A stretch of DNA of 51,736 nt, from the NCBI GenBank assembly GCA_027064005.1, contig JAMOQM010000051.1, positions 1 to 51,736 on the forward strand. The letters run 5' to 3'. The notes beneath the pieces are model-generated. The model made no database searches. It had not been told where the DNA came from and saw only the letters and a program-made list of their open reading frames with translations. Source of the stretch: Candidatus Cloacimonadota bacterium (GTDB lineage Bacteria > Cloacimonadota > Cloacimonadia > Cloacimonadales > JAMOQM01). A program made the translations under genes and the position numbers. Below, piece by piece: positions 1 through 9,867 of this stretch (its first letter is position 1; each line of letters opens with the position of its first letter).

Positions 1-588
1 ATTTGCAAATTTCAATATTTCTTTTGCCGCTCTAACAGATGATTTTTCATCAGTTATTTCGATGTATTTTTTTATATTTTCTTTTTGAAATTCCAGCGTT
101 TTTTTATCATTAATAGCAGATTTGAAATTCTCTTTAAATTCAAAAAAAGTATTAAAAACAATCCCGGAATTCCAAAATTTATAATAAGGATTATTTTGCC
201 ATTTTATGCCGTGAGCATTAAAGAAAATACAAGGTTTCGGTTTACGTGCAATAAATTCATAAACCATACTGCTAACATCACCGATATGCATATCACTTAT
301 TGAAAGATAAGTCCCGTTTGTACTAAATTTACTGTCAAAATCAACGACAATATTGTCTGAAGAATAATCTTGAAAATCAATATTATAGCCAAATCTATTT
401 TTCCAGTGTGAAACCAAAAGATGCGGAGCAAAGATCAAATTATATTTCTCTTGTTTTGAAAAATATTCTAAAACATCTTTTGCATATTTTTTATAAGAAG
501 ATAATTCCGGTTCCCAATGGGGAGAATACAAAACGATTGGTAAATCTTTTTTGAACAATTTTTTCTTTAGCCTGAAGTTATATGGCAT
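1..588 (-). CDS. CDP-glycerol glycerophosphotransferase (TagB/F)-like protein, C-terminal half only; runs off the window edge; possibly a 5'-truncated pseudogene
   Basis: Hand translation from ATG 588: MPYNFRLKKKLFKKDLPIVLYSPHWEPELSSY...IFAPH...SDMHIGDVSSMVYEF...SSVRAAKEILKFAN. It has the family's YxPxW, PH and D-x-SS-x-x-x-EF motifs. An in-frame TAG lies directly before the ATG. Not in the ORF track because it is open at the edge. Confidence 0.7.
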   Translation of the reverse strand, partial: MPYNFRLKKKLFKKDLPIVLYSPHWEPELSSYKKYAKDVLEYFSKQEKYNLIFAPHLLVSHWKNRFGYNIDFQDYSSDNIVVDFDSKFSTNGTYLSISDMHIGDVSSMVYEFIARKPKPCIFFNAHGIKWQNNPYYKFWNSGIVFNTFFEFKENFKSAINDKKTLEFQKENIKKYIEITDEKSSVRAAKEILKFAN

Positions 589-750
589 CTACCAGTAGAT
601 TTTTTTCAGAGCCGTATTTTCCCCATGTGGATGTTTGCAGAATAGTAAATATTTTTTTGTTACTTTAATTTATTTGTTGAATAATTTTTCTGATAATACT
701 ATGCCTCTTTACAATCAATAGATTTAAGATCTTCGAATTTTATCTTTTGT

Positions 751-1788
751 TCATAATTCAAAAGTGTTTTTTATTTCTTCAGCTGCTCTTTTAGCTGCAT
801 TTCCATCAAGATTGTCAAGCATTATATTGTTCCATTTTATTCTCATATTTGATTTTTCAGTATTATTTTTTAATGAATATTTAATTGCATCAACACATTC
901 ATTAAAATTTTCAACACGTATAGATATTTCGTCAAGCATTGTAATAATTTCGTCAGATAATCTTTTAGCCTGATTAATTTTAAACGTTATAATTGGTTTA
1001 TTCAGGCTGCAAAATTCTGCGATAATCGAACTTGTATCTCCGACCATAAGATCCGAAACAGCAAGATAGGGAAGAATATTCTTATCTTTTATAAAAAAAA
1101 TATTTTTATTGTTAGCAATAGACAATTTATATTTATTTGATATCCAGGGATGAAGAGTAACTATAATATTATAATCATCGGATATTAAATCTAATTTTTT
1201 ATACCATTTTTCAATAGCAGACATACCTGATTTATCCCAGGTAGCAGAAAAAATTATTATAGGTTTAGTGTTTGGGAAAATTTTATTTTTTAATTTTTTT
1301 ATTGTCTGTGAATTTATTTCTCCGTTAAAAAGAGGATCAATTTTAGGAAAGCCAACATTAGCCCCATTTTTAATGCCGAGTTTTTCAGCTTGTCTTAATT
1401 CTGCTGATGAAGTAAATAAAAATTTATCAAAATATTTATATTTTTTTGAACTAATAAAATTTTTGAAATGATAAACTCCATGTCTCATTCCAATTTTTTT
1501 AATATTTTTTTCAGGAAACATATAAATATCGTGCCTTACCATAATTAACGATTTTGGGAAACAAGGCCAGAGCTTGGATTTAATATTATATTTTTCTAAT
1601 TCTTTTTTTACTTTTTTGTTTTTGGATATAATTTTAATCTCCGGAAGATATTTCAAAACAGGTTTAAAAATTAAATAATCTAGATAATCACCACAATAAA
1701 AAGCAATATCATTTTCTTTCTTAAAGAAATTTTTAGCATTCCAAATAAATCTGTAAGGGAGATAATATAAATAATATGAAAAAACCAT
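751..1788 (-). CDS. CDP-glycerol glycerophosphotransferase (TagB/F) family protein
   Basis: RHG, GFPKID, SATW, LHP and GDTSSIIAEF motifs. Confidence 0.8.
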   Translation of the reverse strand: MVFSYYLYYLPYRFIWNAKNFFKKENDIAFYCGDYLDYLIFKPVLKYLPEIKIISKNKKVKKELEKYNIKSKLWPCFPKSLIMVRHDIYMFPEKNIKKIGMRHGVYHFKNFISSKKYKYFDKFLFTSSAELRQAEKLGIKNGANVGFPKIDPLFNGEINSQTIKKLKNKIFPNTKPIIIFSATWDKSGMSAIEKWYKKLDLISDDYNIIVTLHPWISNKYKLSIANNKNIFFIKDKNILPYLAVSDLMVGDTSSIIAEFCSLNKPIITFKINQAKRLSDEIITMLDEISIRVENFNECVDAIKYSLKNNTEKSNMRIKWNNIMLDNLDGNAAKRAAEEIKNTFEL

Positions 1789-1794
1789 AATTGC

Positions 1795-2796
1795 TTAATA
1801 TTTGTTAATTATTTGTTTCAATACTTCATCGGGTAAAATCATCTTCATACAATTATGATGTGTCAAAGGACATTTTTTATGCCCATGATTACCACAAGGA
1901 CGACAATCCAAATCTTTTTCAAAAACATAATCGTTTTTTCTGAAAGGTGAATAACCAAATGATTTTACTGTAGGTCCAAAGAAAGCAAATACATCTGTTT
2001 TAACAGCATTTGCAATATGTAAAGCCCCGCTGTCATTACAAATCATTAAATTGCATTTTTCAATTATAGCAGCTGATAATAATATTGACGCCTTCCCTGC
2101 CAATATTAAGGTTTTATTTTTGGGAGCAATTTTTTCGCAGAGGTCTTGTTCTTGTTTGCTGCCAATGTAAACGAGATTAAATCCATTTTCTACTAATTTG
2201 TCTGATAGCTCTTTATAATATTTTTCAGGCCAACGTTTAGTGTCCCAAACTGAACCCGGGGCAATAGCAATTGTTTTGTCTTTATTGAAATTTTTTAATA
2301 ATCCGATAGCTTGATTTTTTGTTTCTTTATCTGGAAATAATTCCGTTTGAATATCAAATTTTTTATCAGAGAAAAATTTCAATAGGTCTAAATTTTTTTC
2401 TATTCTTCTAACATCATGTCTAAAAGAAGTTTTTTTTGTAAGAAATTTTGCTGCAGTGCCTCTGTCAAAACCTATACGTTCGGGAATATTTGCAAAAAAA
2501 GTCAGCATAGCTGTTGTAAACGAACTATGAGGTAATATTGCAAGGTTGTATTTGTTTTGTTTTATCTGTTTTAGTGTTTTAATAAAGTCCTTTAATTTAT
2601 TTTTTCTTTTATCAAAATAATAGATATTATTGATATCAGGATTATTGTCAAGAATGCCCTTTGATTGAGGAATTACCAAAACGTCAATATCAGAGTCAGG
2701 AAATATTTGTTTAAGACCTCTGATAAGCGGCGTTATTAAAATCACATCACCGAGAAAAGCTGTCTGAACTATTAATATTTTTTTATAATTTTTCAT
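1795..2796 (-). CDS. waaF: LPS heptosyltransferase II (GT9)
   Basis: TAFLGDVIL, APGSVWDTKRWP, NDSGALHIA, FFGPT, C-terminal CRPC..C..C. Confidence 0.8.
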   Translation of the reverse strand: MKNYKKILIVQTAFLGDVILITPLIRGLKQIFPDSDIDVLVIPQSKGILDNNPDINNIYYFDKRKNKLKDFIKTLKQIKQNKYNLAILPHSSFTTAMLTFFANIPERIGFDRGTAAKFLTKKTSFRHDVRRIEKNLDLLKFFSDKKFDIQTELFPDKETKNQAIGLLKNFNKDKTIAIAPGSVWDTKRWPEKYYKELSDKLVENGFNLVYIGSKQEQDLCEKIAPKNKTLILAGKASILLSAAIIEKCNLMICNDSGALHIANAVKTDVFAFFGPTVKSFGYSPFRKNDYVFEKDLDCRPCGNHGHKKCPLTHHNCMKMILPDEVLKQIINKY

Positions 2797-3868
2797 ATAA
2801 ATCTATGTTTTTTGCGATTGTTAATTCTATATCAAATTCTTTTACAGATTCTTTTGCTTGTTTAGAAAAATCAACCCTTAATTTTTCATCATCAATCAGT
2901 TTTAGAATAGCCGAAGCTAATTCTTTATAATTTTTTGGGGGTACCAACAATCCGTTTTCGTTATGATGAACAGCTTCCGGAATTCCGCCTGTTATTGTTC
3001 CAATCACGGGAAGTCCGATAGATTGTGCATCAAGAATGGAAGTTCCCAAACCTTCTTTTTTTGATGCCATTACAAAGATATCGAAATGTTTAATTATTTC
3101 GCCTACATTTGATTTATATCCCAAAAACAAAAATTTGTTGTTTAGGTTAAGATTCGAGGCTAATTCTTTAATTGTTTCTTCATTTTTCCCATCACCTAAA
3201 GAAATAAAAGTTACGTTATTTTTTTTACTTAGAACGATTCCCGCCGCTTTTAACAAATTAGGATAATCTTTATGACCAACCAAAGCGGCCACAGTTCCGA
3301 CAATAATCTCATCTTGTCCTATTTGATAATTTTTTCTAAAATTCTTCATCTTAGAAACTTCATCAAATTTATGAATATTTATCCCGGAATGAATTACCCG
3401 AAGTTTAGTTTTCGGAACACCATCTTCTAATAAAATCTTTTCAATTCCTTCTGAAATACAGACAATTTTTGAGACTAATTTTGTATTGTATTTAAAACGG
3501 CTAAAAGGATTATTTTTTAGATGGAAATCTACCCGTCTCACACCGATTATTTTAATTTTAGGATAAAATAATTTTGATAAAATCCCAATCGAAAGTGCGT
3601 GTGCAGAATGAGCGTGAAGAATATGATAATTATCTTTTTTACAAAGTGAGGCAATTTTGAAAGCGGAAATTATATCTATTTCTCCTCGCATTTTTATTTC
3701 ATTAAAAGGAAGTCTTTTCTCTTTAAAATATTTTGTTAGTTTGGATTTCGGTTGGCAAACAAATCTTGTTTTATATCCTCGTTTAAGCAGACCTTCAAAA
3801 AGATAAACTGCTTGTTGTTGACCACCTCGCCAGCCATATTCTGAATCTATATGCAAAATATTTTTCAT
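2783..3868 (-). CDS. GT4 family glycosyltransferase
   Basis: WRGGQQQ N-terminal motif; EGLGTSILDA, GGIPE. Confidence 0.85.
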   Translation of the reverse strand: MKNILHIDSEYGWRGGQQQAVYLFEGLLKRGYKTRFVCQPKSKLTKYFKEKRLPFNEIKMRGEIDIISAFKIASLCKKDNYHILHAHSAHALSIGILSKLFYPKIKIIGVRRVDFHLKNNPFSRFKYNTKLVSKIVCISEGIEKILLEDGVPKTKLRVIHSGINIHKFDEVSKMKNFRKNYQIGQDEIIVGTVAALVGHKDYPNLLKAAGIVLSKKNNVTFISLGDGKNEETIKELASNLNLNNKFLFLGYKSNVGEIIKHFDIFVMASKKEGLGTSILDAQSIGLPVIGTITGGIPEAVHHNENGLLVPPKNYKELASAILKLIDDEKLRVDFSKQAKESVKEFDIELTIAKNIDLYEKL

Positions 3869-4608
3869 TTATTTAATTCCCACAATCTGAAATATTTATA
3901 AGAAACACCAAATCCGGAAACAAATGAAATAAGCAAACCTGTTTTACCGTCCAAAAATCCTGCTTGTAAAAAATACATTTTTACGAATTTAAAAATTCCT
4001 CTAAAAACAGCATTTCCAATTGAAGATTTCCTGCCTTTTTGGAAAAGTCTTTCGGCTCCCAGTTCACTGTATTTTATCATTTTGTCTAAATGAGTTCGCA
4101 AGGTTGGGAATGAATAATGATAAATAACATCATAAATAATTCCTTTCTTTTCTTTTGTTTGAACTGATTCGTGAACAATTTTATCATTAAAAGAGGCAAA
4201 TCTTTTATTGAACAATCTTAGTGGAAAATCTTTATTCCAACCGCAATGTTTAACTTCTTTTCTAAGATAAAAAGAGGTTCGTTTTATTTTATAAGCTTTT
4301 TTATCAGGATTTTTCAAAATATCAATAATTTTATTTTTTAAATCTTCGGAAACTTCTTCATCGGCATCCAAAGATAAAACCCATTCATTGGATGTGGAAT
4401 CAATGGCAAATTGTTTTGTTTTGCCAAAACCCTGCCATTTTGTTTGAATAATTTTGCATTTATACAATCTACAAACGTTTAGCGTTAAATCAGTTGAGCC
4501 GGAATCAACCACTACTATTTCATCAGCCCATTGAACAGACGCTAAACAGCGACCAATATTTTTTTCTTCATTTTTGGTAATAATCGCGACAGATAGTTTA
4601 TTTTTCAT
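3865..4608 (-). CDS. GT2 family beta-glucosyltransferase (WaaE/KdtX-like)
   Basis: IITKNEE, VDSGSTD, LDADE, VHE, GFLDG motifs. Confidence 0.85.
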   Translation of the reverse strand: MKNKLSVAIITKNEEKNIGRCLASVQWADEIVVVDSGSTDLTLNVCRLYKCKIIQTKWQGFGKTKQFAIDSTSNEWVLSLDADEEVSEDLKNKIIDILKNPDKKAYKIKRTSFYLRKEVKHCGWNKDFPLRLFNKRFASFNDKIVHESVQTKEKKGIIYDVIYHYSFPTLRTHLDKMIKYSELGAERLFQKGRKSSIGNAVFRGIFKFVKMYFLQAGFLDGKTGLLISFVSGFGVSYKYFRLWELNK

Positions 4609-5626
4609 TCATAATTTCTCTTATTTTTTGATATGCTGCTTCCGGTGTTATTCCAAAAGTATTGTCATGAAAAGAATCATTTTCTTTATTACAAAGATGA
4701 TGATGAGTTTTAAAAACAGAAGCCGGTGACCAAGTTACAGTGTCAGTTGAACCAAACAACGCCAAAGTTTTAATGTTTGCAGTTGTTGAAAGATGGTTCA
4801 TTCCTCCATCATTACAAACCAATAACTCCGATTTTTTTAACAGTGCCAGAGCTTGATTAAATGTAGTTGGCAAAGCAATTATAGATTCTTCATTCATTTT
4901 ATTTTTGATTGATTTAACTAAATCTAATTCTGAAGGTCCCCATAACCAAATGATTGAAAATCCATCTTTAGCTAATTTATCGGCAAGTTGAGAATAGTAA
5001 TCAGGATTCCATATTTTCCATTTTAACGGACTGCCGGGAGAAAAGATCACTAATTTTTTATTACTTAAATTTTCTTTTTCCAGCCAATTATCGATATATT
5101 TCTCAGATTCTTTTGTAACATTACAATACAATTTATAAGGAACAAATTCAATTCCTAAAGGTTGTAAGATATCAAATTTTCGGGAAGCACTATATCGAAT
5201 CGGACCGCGAGAAGCTTTTAGATTATATGCCATATTCAATCTTCCATTAGCATAACCTACTCGAAATCTTGCTCCACTCAACCACGTAAATTGTTGAGAG
5301 CTTGGCTTATTTTGTTGATCAATTACAATGTCATATTTATTTTTCCTTATTTCCAAAATTTTCTTAATTCTATTCCAAACATAATATTTATCGTGTTTAT
5401 CTCCGGTCGTGATAATTTTATCAATAAAAGGATGATTTTTGAGAATTGCTGAATATTTTTTTTTAGTTAAATAATGAATCTCAGCGTGAATAAATTTTTT
5501 TTTCAATTCTTCAAAATAGGAAGTTGTTAAAAAAACATCACCAAATGGTCCAAGCTGAATTATCAAAATTTTCTTTATTGATTTCGGATTAAACTTTTTT
5601 ATAATCGACATATTCTTTTTCTTCAA
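4598..5626 (-). CDS. GT9 family heptosyltransferase
   Basis: GPFGDV, SPGS..WKIW, NDGGMNHL, LFGST; true start may be the second Met. Confidence 0.8.
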   Translation of the reverse strand: MKKKNMSIIKKFNPKSIKKILIIQLGPFGDVFLTTSYFEELKKKFIHAEIHYLTKKKYSAILKNHPFIDKIITTGDKHDKYYVWNRIKKILEIRKNKYDIVIDQQNKPSSQQFTWLSGARFRVGYANGRLNMAYNLKASRGPIRYSASRKFDILQPLGIEFVPYKLYCNVTKESEKYIDNWLEKENLSNKKLVIFSPGSPLKWKIWNPDYYSQLADKLAKDGFSIIWLWGPSELDLVKSIKNKMNEESIIALPTTFNQALALLKKSELLVCNDGGMNHLSTTANIKTLALFGSTDTVTWSPASVFKTHHHLCNKENDSFHDNTFGITPEAAYQKIREIMNEK

Positions 5627-5972
5627 AAAAATTCGAATTAAATTTTGTGTTAATATCTCTTTTTATAGCAGCTCTTTCATCATTTTCAAAATACACACTT
5701 CTAGCTAATTTAATAAACTCATCATCAAATTCTTGTTTGAATTCTTTTATGCGAATATTATCTTCAATTTCCCATAATTTGATATTTATTTTTTTTAATC
5801 GCATAAAAATTTCCGAGTCGGAAGTAATTCCAATTTCTTCCATCGATTTTTTTAAGGTATTATATTCATTACGAATATTAATTAATTTTTCTTCTGCTTT
5901 AATTCTTTCTAATTTTATCTCAAGAATTGTAACTTTATCAACCAGTTCACCTATCGAAATATCTATTTTCAC
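5589..5972 (-). CDS. DUF6165-like protein
   Basis: SIGELVDKVTILEIK...LWEIEDNIR...LARSVYFENDERA..K...EEKEY. Confidence 0.75.
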   Translation of the reverse strand: MKIDISIGELVDKVTILEIKLERIKAEEKLINIRNEYNTLKKSMEEIGITSDSEIFMRLKKINIKLWEIEDNIRIKEFKQEFDDEFIKLARSVYFENDERAAIKRDINTKFNSNFFEEKEYVDYKKV

Positions 5973-6043
5973 ATTAACTCCAACTAATTTTATTTATTAA
6001 GACAACAAAAATAAATAAGCTTTTCAAGCAATTTTTTTCTTTC

Positions 6044-6889
6044 TCATTTTAATTTTATAACTTCAATTTTGTCATTGCCCAAAGAATTATTAATTCCAAA
6101 TTTTGCGGAAAAATTTTTCTTATTGATTTCAATTTTACGTTTTTTATAGTAATCTTTATTTACTCTTTCTCCGTTATTATGAAATTCTTGATGCCAATGA
6201 TGAAGCGGATAAACATCTTTAAATGGGTTTATCGGACGGATTCCTGCGGCAAGCAATCTCCTCCCGAAATCATCATCTTCATTTCCCCAACCTATAAAAT
6301 TTTCATCATACCCGTTTATTTCCAAATAATCTTTTTTGAACATTCCTGTTATACCACCGCGAAATTTTGTTCCTTTTTTTTGTATTTTCAAACTTTGAAG
6401 GAACCGATTAAATTTATCTTTTCTGTATTGAAAAAGAATTTTATTTTTTTGAGATTCGGTAATAATATCTGAAAAATCTCCGCTTAAAAGATTCTCGAAA
6501 GTAATTTTCTTTGATTGTTCTTGATTTAACCTTATCGGATATCCGACGATGACATTTTTCTCGGAAATGGAGTTTACGAATTCTCGCAAAAATCCTGTGG
6601 AAAACATAAGATCCTGATCAACAAAAATTATATAATCACCTTCAGCAACTCTAACCGCATTATTTCTACATCGAGCCAACCTGAATCCTAAATCGGCTTG
6701 TTCAACGAACTTTATATTGAATTTAAAATCTTTTATTAAATCTTGTATCTCGGCAACAATATTTTCTGAAGATCCATCATCCGAAATAATTAACTCGTCA
6801 GGCGTAAAATCTTGTCCTTTTAAAGAGATAAGAAGATTTTTTAACAATTCAACTCTGTTATATGTTGTGATAATCAAAGATATTTTCAT
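6044..6889 (-). CDS. GT2 glycosyltransferase with galactosyltransferase-type C-terminal domain
   Basis: TTYNR, DDGS, DQD, GYDENFIGWGNEDDD, HHWH. Confidence 0.85.
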   Translation of the reverse strand: MKISLIITTYNRVELLKNLLISLKGQDFTPDELIISDDGSSENIVAEIQDLIKDFKFNIKFVEQADLGFRLARCRNNAVRVAEGDYIIFVDQDLMFSTGFLREFVNSISEKNVIVGYPIRLNQEQSKKITFENLLSGDFSDIITESQKNKILFQYRKDKFNRFLQSLKIQKKGTKFRGGITGMFKKDYLEINGYDENFIGWGNEDDDFGRRLLAAGIRPINPFKDVYPLHHWHQEFHNNGERVNKDYYKKRKIEINKKNFSAKFGINNSLGNDKIEVIKLK

Positions 6890-8121
6890 ACTTTCTCCAA
6901 CAAGAATTTAATATTATCATCAATTGAAAAAACATCTTTTCCCCAGATTTTATTCCGTAATTCAATTCTTTTTTTAGAAAAATCCAAATTATCGGAATCC
7001 TCAATAGCTTGAATTAATTCTTTAAATGAATTACATTTTTTCCCGACAATAATTCCATCATAATCAAAATACATTTTGCGACTTTTCAGCATATATTCAT
7101 CCAAATCAAAAGGGAAGAAAATTATTTCTTTATTTAGAAGAAGATAATCGAAAAATATCGATGAATAGTCAGAAATCAGAACATCTGTGAATGGTAAAAT
7201 CGGGTAAATATCGACTTTGCTGTCTAATAATTTTATATTTGAAAATTGAGATAAATTAATTATTTTTTTTGAAGTTGTCGGATGTAACTTTATCAAAAAT
7301 AGAAAGTTTTTGCCTTTCCCAAGTCTATCCAATTGTGCAAAATTGATTCCGGAGTCTTCAAAAAACTTTGATTTACCATCTCGAAATGTTGGAAGGTAAA
7401 CAAAGATTTTTCTATATTTAGATAAAGATTTAACCAGCTCAAAAGTTGCTTTCGATTCAAATCTTGATATTAATTTTAATAATTCCTCTTTAGGATATTT
7501 AAAAATAGAATTTCTCGGATATTCTCCGATTAGAACATTTTTTTCTTTTATTTTAAAAGCGGAAGTAAAGAATTTTTCCATATATTCGGAAGGAATTAGA
7601 AGAAAGTCGGGATGACGATAAAGTCCCGGAAATATGAGAGTTTTGACAAATTTTTCAAATTTATTTCTGTATTGAAATTTCCAGGCAATTTTCCCGAATT
7701 TAATATCGAATTCAATTTTTTTTAAAGGAACGCCGTGCCATAAATTTACAAATTTAGCTCCTCTGGAAAACCAATAAGAGACATCCTCAATATTTGTATT
7801 TGAAAAAATTATACTCGCTCGCAAAATAGAAAAAATGCCTTTGATACTTTTTTTGTAAAAAGCATTAATACCTTTAGATTTTAGAAAATTAAGATTAGCT
7901 TTTTTTCGAGTTATCCAAATAATTTTAATCTCGGGGTAATTTTTCTCTAAATAAAGATATAAGTATTTTGAATTATCTCCAAATCCCGCATTATACGTTC
8001 CAAATATCCAAGTATTTTTATCTCTTTTGACAAATCCGGACAGAAAATAAATCAAATATAGAGGATAATATTTGGATTTTTTTGCAATTACTTCAAGATG
8101 TTTAAGATTCATTGATTTCAT
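6886..8121 (-). CDS. CDP-glycerol:poly(glycerophosphate) glycerophosphotransferase (TagF-like)
   Basis: DNSKY, NLWHGVPLKKI, GEYPRN, YLPTFR, KLHP, SDYSSIFFDY. Confidence 0.85.
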   Translation of the reverse strand: MKSMNLKHLEVIAKKSKYYPLYLIYFLSGFVKRDKNTWIFGTYNAGFGDNSKYLYLYLEKNYPEIKIIWITRKKANLNFLKSKGINAFYKKSIKGIFSILRASIIFSNTNIEDVSYWFSRGAKFVNLWHGVPLKKIEFDIKFGKIAWKFQYRNKFEKFVKTLIFPGLYRHPDFLLIPSEYMEKFFTSAFKIKEKNVLIGEYPRNSIFKYPKEELLKLISRFESKATFELVKSLSKYRKIFVYLPTFRDGKSKFFEDSGINFAQLDRLGKGKNFLFLIKLHPTTSKKIINLSQFSNIKLLDSKVDIYPILPFTDVLISDYSSIFFDYLLLNKEIIFFPFDLDEYMLKSRKMYFDYDGIIVGKKCNSFKELIQAIEDSDNLDFSKKRIELRNKIWGKDVFSIDDNIKFLLEKV

Positions 8122-8275
8122 TTAAAGAATATTTAAAAACTTTGGATAACAAATTACCACTATTAAGAATTTGTTCTTTAGAAAAAAATTTTATTAAGTC
8201 TATAGATAATCCTAAATAAACTGCTTTTTTGAACCATGGTTTATTTTCCCAATACATCCAAATATTTTTATTCAT
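8102..8275 (-). pseudogene. Internally deleted remnant of a capsular-polysaccharide-synthesis/GT32-like glycosyltransferase (57 aa)
   Basis: MNKNIWMYWENKPWFKKAVYLGLSIDLIK...; the IWxYWE N-terminus is typical of the family. ATG overlaps the upstream TAA (TAATG) and the end overlaps the next start. Confidence 0.5.
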
Positions 8276-9843
8276 TAGACAAACACCGCCGTAATTTTCT
8301 TTGAAATTCCTTCCACAACTTTGGTCTCAAATTTCTTATTTTTATTGAAATTATAAATCAACATGTATCCCTCGTTCAAACCATAAGAATCCAAATAATC
8401 ACATAATTGCTCAATCCCATCGGAAAGATATTTTTCTCCATACCAAATTTTGAGTTCTATAACATATCTTTTGTCATTATAAGTTATGACCAAATCCATT
8501 TTTCGGTCTTCAGCGGTAACATTTTCTTTAAATAAAAATCCCTTCCCGTTAATAATTGGACGTAAAAATGACATCAATAATAATCGCCCGTTTTTTTCTA
8601 AAAATTTATTATCCTTGGAAGAATTATGTTCCTTCATAAATAGCTGAAATTTTTGTAAGATTAAGACAATGTTCAATTCATTATTTTCCGTAAATTTGGA
8701 AGAATTATATAAGTTTAAAGCCGATTCATTGGTTTTCTGTTTAGACAACATATAATCAATTATTCTAAATTCATATATTTTGTTACTTATATCACACTGC
8801 CCTGTTTTATTTTGAGAGAGAATGCCATAAATTTTCCCCTTATTAATTATTGGATCTCCAATGTTGAATCTATAATTTTCACCTTGAATTACAATATTAA
8901 AAACAAGATTATATAAATCATTATTATTTTCTAAATTTTTAGTTACATCATCAAAATTCGTGTTTGTATAAGCTCCATCAATTAAATACTTATATGCATT
9001 TTCCACATCATCAACAGTCCACGGCCGTTTATTTTCTCGTAAAATATTTTCATCGATAATCTTCCCCATTTGACTGATAAGAAAAGGATTACCGTTTGTA
9101 TAATAAAAAATTCTTTGAGCTATTTCGGAAATATTCATCAGGAAATTATGTTCATCAGCATAATCTTTTAGCATCGGAATAATTTCATCAACAGAAAACG
9201 CAAAATCAATTTCTAAATTCTCGGCAATATTCCACGGACTATTTAATTTTCTTTCCGCATCCGGACGTAATTTCAATTTTAAAGATTTTACATCGTGAAC
9301 CCCGAGAAGAATAACCGAATGAAAAGTAAGATCGTTTTCACTTTTCATCGCAAGATATTTATCTCTTAAAATTGCGAGAAAACTTATAAATACTTGATTA
9401 TTACTGGCTTTATCGACTTCATCAATTATTAAGACAACTTTCTTTTTTACTGAAGAAATCCACGTTGCAACAAATCTAGATAACTCTTTAAAACTGTGAA
9501 TGTTTCCGGCAGCTTCTTCCAGAAAATCAGCAAGTTTAGGTTGTTTAAAAAATAAACCTTTTGCAAATGTTTCTAAGACAGCCGGAGCAAATCTTTCTTC
9601 CGATTCAAAAGGGAGGTCGCCAATTCCTTCAAAACTAGTGGAAATTACCAGATAATCTTCTCGCTTTTCAAATTCTTTCTTCAAAAGATATTGCATCGTT
9701 GTTTTTCCAAATTGTCGCGGGAAATTTATAGCATAATAATATCCTTCTTCCACAAGATATTTACAGCGTGCAAATTTTTTCGAGACATCACACATATAAT
9801 GTTTTTCCGGAATACACAAACCGGTTGTATTAAATCTTTTCAT
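8275..9843 (-). CDS. AAA-ATPase-like protein with C-terminal PD-(D/E)XK nuclease domain, copy B
   Basis: Walker A PRQFGKTT, Walker B LIIDEVD, nuclease D-L...IELK. Confidence 0.85.
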   Translation of the reverse strand: MKRFNTTGLCIPEKHYMCDVSKKFARCKYLVEEGYYYAINFPRQFGKTTMQYLLKKEFEKREDYLVISTSFEGIGDLPFESEERFAPAVLETFAKGLFFKQPKLADFLEEAAGNIHSFKELSRFVATWISSVKKKVVLIIDEVDKASNNQVFISFLAILRDKYLAMKSENDLTFHSVILLGVHDVKSLKLKLRPDAERKLNSPWNIAENLEIDFAFSVDEIIPMLKDYADEHNFLMNISEIAQRIFYYTNGNPFLISQMGKIIDENILRENKRPWTVDDVENAYKYLIDGAYTNTNFDDVTKNLENNNDLYNLVFNIVIQGENYRFNIGDPIINKGKIYGILSQNKTGQCDISNKIYEFRIIDYMLSKQKTNESALNLYNSSKFTENNELNIVLILQKFQLFMKEHNSSKDNKFLEKNGRLLLMSFLRPIINGKGFLFKENVTAEDRKMDLVITYNDKRYVIELKIWYGEKYLSDGIEQLCDYLDSYGLNEGYMLIYNFNKNKKFETKVVEGISKKITAVFV

Positions 9844-9867
9844 TTCTCCCTCTAATATTTTTATTCA

